The notes under the pieces were generated by a model. The model was given only the letters and a program-made list of their open reading frames with translations, had not been told where the DNA came from and did not search any database. Below are positions 39,818 through 53,194 of a stretch of DNA of 64,000 bases, piece by piece; the stretch's first letter is position 1; the number at the start of each line of letters is the position of its first letter. A program made the translations under genes and the position numbers. Source of the stretch: Podarcis bocagei (lineage: Eukaryota); assembly GCA_964188305.1 (NCBI GenBank), contig OZ076888.1; one strand, given 5' to 3'.

Positions 39818-40167
39818 ATCTATACTCCCCTTAAGCGTATCTTATCTGCTATCAAGAAGCACATGAGTATTATCCTTCCCCTGCGTATTATCCTCTCCCC
39901 TAGTCAGGACACCCATCCTGTCCAGAGCACAGATAAGAAATCTATCATGAGTTGGAATCATCCTGTCAATCCCTGACTCATCTGCTTGGAATTCTGATCC
40001 CTGTTTCCTGTTTCAGAAAGTGATGGTTGTTTCTTAAGTTCCACACCAGGGTCTGAACCTATGGAAAACATACCCTCCAATACTGAGGCCCGGAGTGGAT
40101 GAATATGTGACTTAGATCATTCCATTTACAAAAGCAATTCCCTACGTTCAGAGGCAGTATTCCCCTC

Positions 40168-40413
40168 TGTTATGTACTGAAGTTCTCACCCTGGGCCTGC
40201 AGTGGGATACTGTAGATAGTTATGCAAATGAAGGATCGAAAGTGACGTTCAGTTATTGGATAGTTTTAGAAAGTTGCTACAGTAACATTGTAGTGGAGCT
40301 CTATATAAGCAGGCTGACTGAGCCCTTCAGCTCAGTTCTGTTCTGGCCTCTGAATAAACAAGAGCTGTTGAAGAATCGCTGTGTCGTCTGATATGTTCAC
40401 CCACAACTTAACA
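40168..40413 (+). mobile_element. Solo LTR (246 bp) inserted in a CR1-like 3' fragment
   Basis: TGTTA...TAACA termini; 5-bp TSD CCCTC; ATGCAAAT 40222-40229, TATATAA 40302-40308, AATAAA 40353-40358; host CR1-like tail continues to ~40570. Confidence 0.9.
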
Positions 40414-41261
40414 CCCTCAATGCCAGTTGATGGAAATCACAAGTGGGGAAAGTTCTGTTGCATTTAGGTTCTGCTTGCCAGAAACATCTGGTTGGCCATT
40501 GTGAGAACAGGACGCTGGACCAGATGGCACTTTGGCCCTAGCCAGCAGGGCACTTCTCATATTCTTATATTTTTACTCTCCTACCCTGCTGAGAGTCAAA
40601 ACAAAACTGGCTGATTGAAAAGCAGTGACCTACAATTGACATGGACAGGATTTTGATTCTACTTAACAGACACCCCTACATAACAGATAGTAAGAAAGGA
40701 CGGTTGTTTTCAAAAGCCAAAGAACACACGTTTTTAGCTCTGTGTCAACACTAATCATCCTTCAGGACCATTTGTTTATAGAGTCGCAACAGGTTCCATT
40801 TTGCGTCTAGAAATAATATATTCCAGTAGGAAACCACATTGTGATAATCGCTGCACCAAGGGCAAGATCTCAGAACGTATGCATCTGAAATAATAGTATT
40901 AATGACTCATTGGCATCCTGCATTTGGATGTACAAAGAAAGCAACGGGATATTCTACCCCCAAAGGTTACCCTCCCTCCCCAAGCATGATTCCAGCCAAT
41001 AAATGAATACATCTGCCCCATAGTTTTCCTCTGTCTTTAATATGGGTCTATAATAGTACCGATTAGAAGAGCTCTCACAATGTGAAGCAAATGTATTAGA
41101 AAGTAACGTACAAAAGCAACATTCAAAAATCCAAAGCCTTGTAAAAGGTCAATATTAAAATATAAGGGATGTTGTGAAAATCTGGCCCATTCCATGGAGT
41201 TCAATGCACCTTTAGATATTTTGAAATAAAGGGGTAATCAGAAAATTTTAAAAATTATAAT

Positions 41262-41403
41262 CGGTACCATTTTTTTCCTGGGGGTACTGAAGGGCACGCA
41301 GTACCAGCACCTTTCCTCCTCAAATTGTTAAAGGTGTGGAATTTACTATAACAACTTCATGATGAGCGCTGGCACATTTTTTTCTAAAAGAAAAAAAGCA
41401 CTG
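41262..41403. mobile_element. hAT MITE (142 bp)
   Basis: 8-bp TSD ATTATAAT; right [16 protein letters not shown] shared with 45638-46060. Confidence 0.75.
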
Positions 41404-42434
41404 ATTATAATGAGCTACAAAAAGAAATGAATATTAAAAACTGACCATTAAAGGTTACCTAAGAAAACTGAAGGAAGGAAATGTCCGTTTACTTGGAACA
41501 AGTTTTGTTCAAACATTTTGATATCATAGCATTTGTGGGCCAGTGTAGATATTATATGGGAATGCATAGCCAATGGGGGCGGGGGGAGGTTGTTTGCACT
41601 GGCTACTGGTTTCGAATTAAACAAGTCTTCTCCAGCAGTCCATTCAAGCGGCAGCTAGGATTGTCCTCAGCATCACTTGATCTTCTTGCTCTCATTCTGG
41701 GATCAAATCAGAAACCGGGAGGGCATCTCTAAATCAGGGACATCCTGGAAAATAGGGACACTTGGAAGGTCTGCTATACTAAACTGAAATGTTTAAAAGT
41801 TTCTTTGATTGTTCTTGAATCTTCCCAGCACACTTGCAATCCGCTCCTGCCACACCAGTGTGGCAAGCCACAACCTTTGAGAACCACTGTTATACAGCAT
41901 GCATGCAATAATCTCCTGACAGATTGTTTTTTTTAATGAAAGGAGTCAGCAAGCTTGAATGAGAGAATGTTAATGGGGAAGAGTTGCTTAACCCTTTCCC
42001 CTCCAGCCATTTTGCTGCTCAGAATTCTGCCCCCACCCCAAGTTACTTTTCCATGGTTGGGGTGGGGGGAATCTCATTCTGTAGGTGGAAAGGCATCTTG
42101 GAGCAAGAAAATGGCAAACCCACCCATACAGGTATATCTAGTAGAGACGGTTGTCTGCTCAAAAGGTGGGCGAAGTCCTGACAGGAAAATAGGACGTGAA
42201 GATCAAAAGCTTCTAGAACTTCCTTGTTACATATGAATTTGCAGAAACTGCTCCAAGCAAGAGAACAATGTTGGAATAAAGTTCCCCTTGATGCTCAAGA
42301 CATTAAAGGTTACCATATATCAGCCGCAGGGCAAAGTGATCCAATACGAAGCGTGCAATTTTCAGATGGGCTGGGCTGAAGAAGATAAAGCAGCAATGTC
42401 ACAGAAAGCAAAAACATTACATAATAGGATATTA

Positions 42435-42998
42435 GAATCATAGAATCGTAGAGTGAGAAACATGGGAGTAGCTAGGGGGGCCCGGGAGGGGCAGCTGCCC
42501 CCGCTAAATCAATAAAAATCAATGAAAATACATAGCAAACTGAGGTTCCTTCCCCCCCATCAAAAGGGGGATACCAAGGATAATCTAGCCCAAGCCCCTG
42601 CAATGAAGGAATCTCAGCTAAAGCATCCATGACAGACGGCCATCCAAACATAGCTTAAAAACCTCCAAGGAAGGAGAGTCCACCACCTCATGAGGGAGGC
42701 TGTTCCACTGTCGAACAGCTCTTAACCATCTGACGGGTCTTACTGATTTTTAGCTGGCATCTCCTCTGTTGTAACTTGAAGCCAATGGTTTAGGTCCTAC
42801 CCTCCAGAGCATGAGAAAACAAGCCCGCTCCATCTTCCATGTGACAAACCTTTAGATATTTGAATTCTATATAATAATTGAATGGCTATCATATCTCCTC
42901 TCAGTCTCCTCATTACCCTCCTCTGTACACATTCCAGCTTGTGAATATCCTTCTTAAATTGTGGTGCCTAGAACTGGACACAGTACCTCAGGTGTGGT
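42435..42998 (-). mobile_element. CR1 LINE 3' fragment (interrupted near 42460-42570)
   Basis: TAGAATCATAGAATC tail; similarity to 31028-31405; CCTAGAACTGGACACAGTAC CR1 ORF2 segment. Confidence 0.75.
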
Positions 42999-45099
42999 GG
43001 CCCCCCGGCTTCTACTCCAGAAGACCCAAGAGCCACTAGCTACTACTGCTAGGTACAGTGTTGCTTTATTTTCAGGTTCCCCCTCTCAAGTTCCCCCTCT
43101 GTGTCCCTAAACATTCAAGGGTGTAGCTCAGGGGCTGCCTTCCCACAAAGAATTCTGGGCACTCAGGTTTAACCCTTGCAGAGTTTCAGTTGCCAGCAAC
43201 CCTTTACAAACTATAGTGCCCAGAATTATTTGAAGGGGGAAATGCACTTTGAATGTGTTTTAAGGGCATAATGTGTATATGCAGCCGCTCTTTGCTCTTC
43301 CTGCTCAGTTCCTGTTTGCCCTGGCTCCTATTCTCCTATATGGGACACACCATCTTAAGCATGCCAACATTTCATGGGATGCCAGGATTGGACACCCACC
43401 TTCTCTTGTGCAAAGAGCATCTCACTGTGAGTGAGTGCAGCAGCAGCTGATGTAGGTGCCTTTCCGGCACTGATGGTGGTGGTGAAGGAGCGATGTCCAT
43501 ATCTTGTGGTGGTCCTGTCAGCCATTTTGTGCCATACGGTGCCCCTGCACCAGCCACATTTGTGTTACACCATGTTCCCCAGTAGCTATTTTGCGATTCC
43601 TCTCACAGATGAACGTGAAAAAAGGAGGGAGGTTGGTGGCATTAAAAAAAGAGAGAGAGGCGAGCCTTGATGTATAGTTGCTGACACCTTTGAAATAAAC
43701 CATCTTATCTACTTTCTAACTGGCTTGAATATGCATTTTAGTCAAGTCCGGTTCTGGCTGGAGGAAGAGTTTGCCAACAGTTTGAGGTAATGCTTTTGTT
43801 CTGTACTCAGTGCCCTTTTTCGGAGCCACCAAAAGTTGTTCCTGGCTGTTTTGTTGCAACTTGCAGCCTGGAAGCCTGTGTCCATGTCATGCTAATAATT
43901 GAAGTCAGCAAGAGAAAAAGTATTGCAGGGTGTGGCTGCTAACTGTCTGGCTCAAAAAGTGCACCCAGTCCATGGAGATCTAGGCAGCATCCACACTAGG
44001 GTAAGATATACTGCTCCTTAGGTCAATAACAGGCCACAGGCACTGATTGTTTTTTGTAAACGTTTCATGCTTAAAACCTAAGGTATTTAGAAATATTAAA
44101 TAACCCTGGCTTCCGCTGTTACTTGTATAGTTTTCCCTCTGAGAAAAATTTGGGAGGGATCAATACCAAAAGTACGACACACATGGACACTGAATTTTCA
44201 CCCTGGTGAATATGAGGCCAGTCCCACCATTAGGCAGAGTGGGACGGCTGCTTCAGGCAGCAGAAGCTGCTGTGAACAGAGTGGCAGCAAGTTTTTGGAG
44301 GGCAGCATGGCCAACGTTCAGGGATGATAGGAGTTGTAGTCCACCAGGTTCCCTGTCCCCAGTGGATAGGATTGCAACCATGGTTATATAAGGGATCAGA
44401 CCCATGCTATTATCTTTTCATAACAACCTATGGTTTGATGTTAATTGACTTTCTAATACAAAGACTTGGATAATTTAATTGTCTCCGGAAGCTTGATAGC
44501 ATTTCAACTAGGTCTGTATTTTGGGATGGAAGAGAACTGCGTTCAGAATCTAGGAACGTAAGTTCTATAAGTCCTGACAAAATGTTCCTTCTTTTCTTAG
44601 TGCCAGGAACTCTGTTTATATCTTAGAACACAATCTGCGCCAGTTCTTTCTGCCCACGAACCAGTGAGGGTGGGGAAAACAGACGATAATTGAAGAGAAA
44701 GGCAACACAAGCTCAGTGTGCATTATCAAAACCAACAACTTAAAGCAGCGAGAGACCCTCACTGTCAGAGGTGGCTCCATTCCTATTTATATAACAGCTG
44801 ATTCCATGGAGTTACGGCTCAGATATTTATCCACACTGCCACATGCAGATTGTTTTGTATTGCTCCCTTTCCAGGAAAAGAGAACAAATGCTTAATATCA
44901 GAGCTTGAAAGGCCTAGCATGAAACCAATAGCAAAGTAACGAAACAGAGTGTTCCAAATACTTTCATGGAATCACAGTGTAGAAAAGCGACAATTCTGCG
45001 GATGCTTCCGGAGAGCAATTTGCATTGTACACTGCAGATGGAATTGCTCACATCTGTTCTGCCTTGGATGCTGTGGGCTTTTATTTTATGTATTTATTT

Positions 45100-45312
45100 T
45101 AATTTTAATTTTATGAATTTAAATTCTTCTCCAAGGAGCTCAAAGTGGTGTACATGATTCTCTCTCTCTCCTCATTTAATCACAACGACCCTGTGAGGTA
45201 AGTTTAGACTGAGAGGCTAAACTCAAGGTTACCCCATGAGCTTCATGGCCAAATGGGGATTCAAACCTTGGCCTCCCAGGTGCTACTCCGGCAATTTAAC
45301 TACTACACCACA
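45100..45312 (-). mobile_element. tRNA-derived SINE
   Basis: Reverse complement TGTGGTGTAGTAGTTAAA...GGTTTGAATCCCC (A/B-box-like head); body similar to 58440-58580. Confidence 0.7.
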
Positions 45313-45317
45313 CAGGA

Positions 45318-45561
45318 CATGGGTAGGCAAACTAGGGGCCAGATCCGGCCCAATCGCCTTCTAAATCCAGCCCGTGGACGGTCCAGGAATCAGCATGTTT
45401 TTACATGAGTAGAATGTGTGCTTTTATTTAAAATGCATCTCTGAGTTATTTGTGGGGCACAGAAATTCGTTCATATTTTCCCAAAAAAATATTATCCGGC
45501 CCCTAACAAGGTCTGAGGGACAGTGGACTGGCCCCCTGCTGAAAAAGTCTGCTGACCCCTG
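45318..45561. mobile_element. hAT MITE (244 bp)
   Basis: Perfect 8-bp TSD ACACAGGA; TIR CATGGGTAGGCAAACT / CAGGGGTCAGCAGACT; same family as 58908-59157. Confidence 0.9.
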
Positions 45562-45637
45562 ACACAGGATCTTTAACATAGCTGGACAGAGATGCTCTTT
45601 TGGACATGTTTCAGCTTGTGCAAGCTGGTGTTGTAGA

Positions 45638-46060
45638 CAGTGCTTTTTTTCTTAAAAAATGTTTAGGGGGTAATGCTCTCTTTGACTCAAGAAAATCACC
45701 ATTTTATAGTTCAAATTGGGGAAAATAAATACAGTAAATGGACAAAAGTACAAGGAACATGTATTACTTCATATTACACAGCTGACAGCTGACAGTAACT
45801 TCCACATTGGCATGAGGTTGTGTGCACTAACATCCACATTCCACACTGCTTCACACATTAAACGCTCACTTCCATCTAAGACTCAGGAAACATTGTGACA
45901 GGAAATGAGGCTGCCATTGGGGGTAGAAATGAAACTGACAATTCACTGTGCTAGAGAAAAAACAATTTTTTAAATTTTTTTAGTTTCTTCTTCTGTTAGA
46001 TTCACAAAATGTTTAGGGGTATGCGTACCCCTGTGTACCCCCCCCCCAAAAAAAGCACTG
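45638..46060. mobile_element. Non-autonomous hAT element (423 bp)
   Basis: Perfect 8-bp TSD GTTGTAGA; TIR CAGTGCTTTTTTT. Confidence 0.9.
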
Positions 46061-47261
46061 GTTGTAGACAAGCTTCTTAAAGGCTTGGGACCTTTCAACT
46101 GTTTTTCAAATCCTTGCCCTTTCTGGTTATTAAAATCTGCTTGGCCTGAGCTTACTAAGAGAGGTAAAGGTTAAATCCCCACAAAACAAATTCAAATGTG
46201 GACTCTTTCATTTTATATAAGTCTCACCCAGCATATCACGTGCCGTCCTTGAGGAAGGTCTTGGGAAAGGTATGGGTATCATCCATGTGGTCTTGGATGT
46301 TATGAAAAATTTGGATTTAATCTTGGTCTCTCTGGTAGGCAGTATTAAATAAAATTGGGCAATATTAAAAAGAGGGAGAGAGAGGGAGGGAGAGAGAGAG
46401 AGAGACTATTTTAAATGCCGCTTAACATACATGCCTGTTGGTTTGAAAGAAATGTTAAATAGTACTTGTAAATTTGTACTCTTCCTCTAAGGAATTAACA
46501 CAGAGCCAACAAAAGGCAGTGTGATGCTTAGCAGGGACTCTTGACAGAGGTTTTAAAATGAAGAAATCTACAGTTAGAGCAGCTGCCCCCCCTCCAATAA
46601 CAGAGAAGCCAAATGCAGCTTGAGTAATGGCTCCTTTGCAACCCCAATAAGCAATTCCAGGTCCCTTGTCAGTTGGTCAAGCAAGAATGGCTTTCTTGTC
46701 AATCTCAGACTCAAGAGAAGTATCATTCTCACCCGCCTAACTCAAAGCTAAGCTGTATGCCAGGCCAGCCTCGACCCTAGAGAAATTGAAGAGGGGAAAA
46801 AAAGAAAACACACGGAAGCAAATTGAAGTAAACAGATCAAGCCCCTAATAAACCCCTATTTTAAGGTTCACGCAAGTCAGAATCTAGACTAAATCTGGAG
46901 GAGAAAGGCTCCATTCATCTTGGGTCTATTTTACAGAGGACCTTCCTTGTGTAGGAAATCCAAGAAAAACTTGGAAAAAGAATTCTAACTCTGCTAATAT
47001 ATCTGAGCAAAGACTTCGCCTCTGTGAAACACAAAACAAGGAGGACCTTGTAAGAGACACCCCCCGCCAGCACCCCGAATATAGGAATTAACTGTGTCTG
47101 ATTAAGAAATAAAGAAAAAGAAAGCCAATGTAAGAAAAGGGCTATACTTGCTTGGTGTATAGGAAGGACTCACATCTTTCTCCACAAGGACCACTATGGT
47201 TTAGCATGGGTTGCCATATTGTAGAGATCTCAGAATTGCACATAAAAAGTTCCAGGTATAG

Positions 47262-47822
47262 TAATAATAAATAATAAAATAAAATAAAATAAAATAATAA
47301 TAATAGTAGTAGTAGTAGTATCCTCCCCATCTACTCTGGGCCGCTTCCAACGTATATAAAAGCACAATAAAACATCAAACATTAAAAACTTGCCTAAACA
47401 CGGCCGCCTTCAGATGTCTTCTAAAAGTCAGATACAGTGGTACCTTGGGTTAAGTACTTAATTCGTTCCGGACATCCGTTCTTAACCTGAAACTGTTCTT
47501 AACCTGAAGCACCACTTTAGCTAATGGGGCCTCCTGCTGCTGCCGCGCCGCCGGAGCACAATTTCTGTTCTCATCCTGAAGCAAAGTTCTTAACCTGGGG
47601 TACTATTTCTGGCTTAGCGGAATCTGTAACCTGAAGTGTATGTAACCTGAAGCGTATGTAACCTGAAGTACCACTGTAGTTTATTTCCTTGACATCTGAT
47701 GGGAGGGCATTCCACAGGGCAGGTGCCACTACCAAGAAGGCCCTCTGCCTGGTTCCCTGTAACCTCACTTCTCACAGGGAGGGAACCACCAGAAGACCCT
47801 CAGAGCTGGACCCCAGTGTCCA
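47262..47822 (-). mobile_element. L2 LINE 3' fragment with microsatellite tail, interrupted by a MITE
   Basis: Peptide RQRAFLVVAPALWNALPSDVKEI; (AAT/AAAAT/AGT)n tail at 47262-47320. Confidence 0.8.
47435..47676. mobile_element. Tigger-like MITE (242 bp) nested in L2
   Basis: TA flanks; TIR CAGTGGTAC; TAACCTGAA subterminal repeats. Confidence 0.88.
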
Positions 47823-48083
47823 GACTGCACCCACTGCTTCCCCAGGTAGGGCAGGGAATGTCTCCTATGAAACCCTCAAGAGTCACTGCTGGTCAGGTTG
47901 GACAGCATTGTGCTGGATGGACCAATAATTTGACTCAATGTAAGGCCCCTTCCTATATTCTTGTGGTGTTTTATAGTCTTTGTTTTATGTCTTTATTTGT
48001 ATAGTGTGAGGCAGTGTTTCAGAGACAGTGTCACTGCAAGGAAAAGTACTTGTAACAAAAGCATTTTCTCCCTTGACTCACAG

Positions 48084-48693
48084 TCAAGGCCCTGGGAGGC
48101 GACCGGGGACCCCCCCCTCCACCACCCGCCGCACCCCAGGGCCGCCAGGCCTGGCGGGGGAAGGGAAGGGGCCGCGCGTGGCGTTGCCTCCCCCCCCCCG
48201 CGGCCCACACGCCCCCGCAGGCATGGGGGGGCAGCTAGAGGGGCCCCCGTGCCCCCACCCAACACCCCGGGGCATCAGGGCCCACCTAAGGAAAAGGATC
48301 CCCTTTTGAAGGGGTATCCAGCAGTCCATTACCCCCCCCCCGTTATCCCTTGGGATCCCTCTAGTGGGGGGGGGGCAAAGGCCCAGGCTTACCTTTTGGA
48401 GCGAGGAAGTCCAGCAACGTCCTTCCTGGATAAGCTCTGGAGCCAAGTGTGGATTCCCAGGTAAGATCCTCCCTCTATTGTGTGGGCAGGTAATCCCTCC
48501 CCTACCTGGCCTGGTCTCCTTGGCAACGCTTCCCCCAGGTGGGATTGGACAACTGACTGAGGTAGGTGGAGACCTCCAGGTATCCCACCTGAGGGAAGGC
48601 AAAGCCAAGCCTATGCTGTTGGAGCCGCTCCAGATCTAGGGGCTGCACGCGTCCACGCAAAGGGCGCCCCCCATTTTAAGCGGGGAGCGGTCA
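48084..48693. mobile_element. GC-rich ~610-bp insertion with 18-bp target-site duplication, class unknown
   Basis: TTCTCCCTTGACTCACAG at 48066-48083 and 48694-48711; abrupt GC shift; no TIR or poly(A). Confidence 0.65.
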
Positions 48694-49220
48694 TTCTCCC
48701 TTGACTCACAGATCACAAATCATTGTTTAAAATGAACAAACATACAGTACTCAAATAATTAATCTGTCATACTCTGATCAAGCCCAAGAAGAACATGCAA
48801 TCAAATATTAAAACAAAGTTTGCAGTCATTTGCATGCCACAAATAAAATAAAGTAAGAAAGTATTATGCTTGAAGGGCAAAATTATTTACAATGCAACCT
48901 TATATACACCTACTCAAAATGTGGTCAATAGGGCTTGCTCCCAAGAAAGTGGGCCTGTAGCTTTAGGACTTCATTCAGCTTGGACTCTTATGGGCCAGGG
49001 CTACTGTCTTCTTGGTAATTTACCTCATTTTCTCAAAACCTCACCATCCCCATCTGATGGCTTCACCCCCAGCAGTCCAGGGAACTTCAGTGAGTGTATT
49101 GAGGAGAGGTCACTGCTCTCGACCACATCAAACTCATGCCCCTGCCAGAGTCCTATCTGAAGCCAGGTCCTACGAAGATGCAGGAAATGAATCCCACTGC
49201 AACAAAGAAAAGATGGCAGA

Positions 49221-51577
49221 ACAAGAGGTCTGAGAGAAACATAATTAACATTTTAGAGAAGCTGCAAGTGAATATTAATACTAAAGCTGTTTTAATTTTT
49301 GTAGATGCGGAGAAAGCCTTTGACAATATTTCTTGGAGTTTCATGAAGAAAAATCTTCAGGGGATGGGGGTTGGTCAAGGGTTTGAAAATGGTATAAGTG
49401 CAATTTATTCAGAACAAAAGGCTAAATTAATAGTTAACAATGTGGTGACAGAGGAATTTAAGATAGAGAAAGGGACACGACAAGGCTGCCCAATTTCCCC
49501 ATTGCTCTTTATTTCGGTCCTGGAGGTTCTGCTAAACATGATCAGAAGGGACCGTTTGATCAAAGGTATACAGGTCGGAGCTAAACAGTGCAAATTGAAA
49601 GCTTTTGCAGATGATTTCGTATTGACGTTACAGGAGCCAGAATCTAGTACTAAACGAGTATTAGAATTGATTCAGGAATTTGGTCATGTGGCAGGATTTA
49701 AGTTGAACAAGTTAAAAACTAAGGTGCCTGAGAAAAATTTAACCGATTGAGAAAGAGAGGTTTCAGAAGGAGACAGGTTTAACACTGGTTAAGAAAGTAA
49801 AATACCTGGGGATTAATATGACCGCTAAGAATTTAAACCTATTTAAAGACAATTATGAGAAATGTTGGTCAGAAGTGAAAAAGGACTTAGAGATATGGTC
49901 AAACTTGAAGCTTTCCTTGTTAGGTTGAATTGCTGTTATAAAGATGAATGTATTGCCAAGAATGTTATTTTTGTTTCAATCATTGCAAATCTTGGACAAG
50001 ATGGACTGTTTCAAGAAGTGGCAGAGAGACATTTCTAGATTTGTCTGGCAGGGCAAGAAGCCCAGAATAAAATTAATATATTAACTGATGCAAAGGACAG
50101 AGGTGGATTTGCCCTGCGAGACCTTAAACTCTATTATGAATCAGCGGCATTTTGCTGGCTGAAAGAATGGCTACTTCTTGAGAACACAGACATTTTGGAT
50201 TTAGAAGGTTTTAATAACGTTTTTGGGTGGCATGCATATTTGTGGTATGACAAGGTTAAAGCACATAAAGCATTTAAAAACCATATTGTCAGAAGAGCAT
50301 TGTTTAATGTCTGGACAAGATATAAAGACTTACTTGAAAATTAAACCCCAAGGTGGTTGTCACCGATGGAAGCTAAGGCTCAGAAAAAGCTCAATATAGA
50401 GGCCAAATGGCCGAAATATTGGGAAATTTTGGAACAAGAAGGAGACAAATTGAAACTGCAGAGTTTTGAGAAATTAAAAGATAAAGTGCGAGACTGGCTT
50501 CATTATTATCAGATAATGGAGGCATATAATTTGGATAAGAAAATTGGCTTCCAGGTGGAAAAATCAAAATTAGAAACAGAACTGTTAGAACCTAAAACTA
50601 AGATTTTGTCAAAAATGTATAACTTGCTGTTGAAATGGAATACTCAGGATGAAACGGTGAAATCTGCTATGATTAAATGGGCACAAGACGTTGGACATAA
50701 CATTATGTTTGCTGACTGGGAACAGTTGTAGACCACAGGTATGAAATTTACGGCATGTAATGCCCTAAGAGAGAATATTATGAAAATGATATACAGGTGG
50801 TACATGACACCAGTCAAGCTTGCAAAAACCTATCACTTGCCCGACAATAAATGTTGGAAATGTAAAGAAACTGAAGGTACATTCTTTCACCTTTGGTGGA
50901 CGTGCCCAAGGATTAAGGCTTTCTGGGAGATGATATATAATGAAATGAAAAAGGTATTTAAATATACCTTCTTGAAGAAACCAGAGGCCTTTCTCCTGGG
51001 CATGGTCGGCCAATTGGTGCCAAAGAAGGATAGAACTTTCTTTATGTATGCCACAACAGCAGCAATAATACTTATCGCAAAGTATTGGAAGACACAAGAT
51101 CTACCCACCTTGGAAGAATGGCAGATGAAGGTGATGGACTATATGGAACTGGCAGAAATGACTGGCAGAATCTGAGACCAGGGAGAAGAGTTGGTGGAAG
51201 AAGATTGGAAAAAGTTCAAAGACTATTTACAGAAATATTGTAAAATTAATGAATGTTAGAATGATGTTGGATAGAAACTAAGTGGTCTATAGCTGTAATG
51301 TTATAAGGGAATACGAGAAAATGGACGATTAATAGGTAAAAATCTAATGTTACAATATTTTAAGATTGAAGACCAGGATAAACAAAGAGGGGAGGGATTT
51401 GCTGAACTATCTGAACAGGAATACAGAAAAGGGAGGCGTGAGGAGGTCTGGGAAATAAGCAAATGAAAGATAAGTCATTGAAAGAGCGAATTGTTTTTAA
51501 CTATTTTTATTTTGGATTTTTCTTTTTTAATTTTGTAATACTTTGAAAATTTCAATAAATATCTTTTAAAAAAAAGA
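49221..51577 (+). mobile_element. 5'-truncated L1-clade LINE (RT and C-terminal Zn knuckle), inactivated
   Basis: RT motifs DAEKAFD, GTRQGCPISPLLF, FADD, KYLGI; CWKC...HLWWTC knuckle; stops/frameshifts; AATAAA 51554-51559 and A-tail; 17-bp TSD AAAGAAAAGATGGC(A/G)GA at 49204-49220 and 51578-51594. Confidence 0.95.
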
Positions 51578-53194
51578 AAAGAAAAGATGGCGGAGGCACT
51601 TTTTCCAGTCTGAGGGCCACGTGGCCCATTGGGCAACCTGCTAAGAGCCACATGCCCGTGGTGGGTGGAGCCAGAGGTGAAAGTGGGTGGAGCAACCAAT
51701 GTTACCTTTGTGCCCTAGCCTTGTCTCTATACACACATACTCCTCCTCTCTGTTCTCCATCCAGGTGAGCAAGAGGTATTATCAGAGTTCAAGAACACAC
51801 TCCAGCCCAGCAAAAAATCTTGGGCTGTGAAGCAGGGCAAGTGAGATGCGTATAACCTTGGGAATGTTCTGAGGATCACTTAAGCCTGGAGGGGCCATAT
51901 TTGGTATGGACCCTAAGGTTCCCCACCTTGTCGTAAAGTCATCGCCTGTACTGTATGAAATTCATGTCCCGAAAGAGAAATGCACACCTGTGGGGCTGTC
52001 AAGCAGTCACTCCAGAAAGTCTCCAGAGAGGAGCATAGCTGTTGCGGCATCCCTTCTGGCACAATACCATGGCCTGTTGCACAACTGCCTGCCCTGCAGT
52101 TCACAAGAGTGCAGGTGTCTGCCAGGAACTGGAAGTTAACAACCCCACAGAGGAACAGTTAGGACCACCCCCGTCACTACTAGGCATGAGAGGGAGCTTG
52201 TGGTCTGCCTGAAACAGGGCATGGGATGGATCCTGTACCATCTCACAGCCTGTAGAGAGGAAGGAGCATTGAGCTATAGCCAGCAGCTGGGGCACATAGT
52301 GCCTGAATCTGGATGCCCAACAGGTGAGGGCATGACAGAGAGAAGAGGGAGAAATGTAGGATACAACTTTTGCTGTGTTTTGTCCATTCTGGTGGCATAT
52401 CTGGTGTGTTCCCCCAGTGTCTCTTTTGTCTGGCATGTCCCAGGTTCGTTGGCATACCAGAGCTTTTACCAAATCCTAAAGTTCTTCTGCCAATGGAACT
52501 CAAATATCAGATTGTGTCCTATGCCACCTAAAGAACCATGAAAGCCCAATTCACTTACAAGCTTGGCCACAGGTTATACAGAATGAAGCTCCTTTTATTT
52601 TCCTTGTACAGCAAACTCCTCTCGCAAGAAATGAATAAATAAACAAACTATTAGGCATCCGTTAGCTGACATGAACATACAAACATTTTAATCCTTTAAA
52701 AAAGGAAAGAAAGAACGAAATAGTTTAAAAGAAAAAGGAGTTGGTAAAAAGTTACGTGGGTCGATGACAGAACGGGGCTGGGATTACAAGTCTGTAAGAT
52801 GATTCTTTGTGGAGTTTCAACAACGACATTTTGTCTTTGTCCAGAAAAAAAAACCTCAAAGCTAATGTGGCTTTATGCCACAGGGTATATTTTGCAACTC
52901 TGTGTGCTTCATGCCAGGAGTGACTCTAGACTGGAAACCGCATGGCAGTCTCCAAGAATGAAGCTCTTTTTTGCAGGTAACTTTTAAAAATATTTAACAT
53001 ATAAACAATGAAATTCAGAAACATGCAGGGAACAACTCGCTTGCCCTGCATGCACAGCCCTGGTGTGCACAGGCTCTCAAAAAAGGCGACTTCCCTCGTT
53101 CCTCAGCTTATGCCTGAAGGCACAGAGAGGAAGGCCTGGGTGGAAATGCAGGATATGGGTGCAAGACTATCATCCCCACTAATATACCTTATGC

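Noticed and set aside
49136-51175. Reverse-transcriptase ORFs as a host gene or domesticated RT
   Set aside because: Fragments of one 5'-truncated L1 with stops, frameshifts, poly(A) and TSD.
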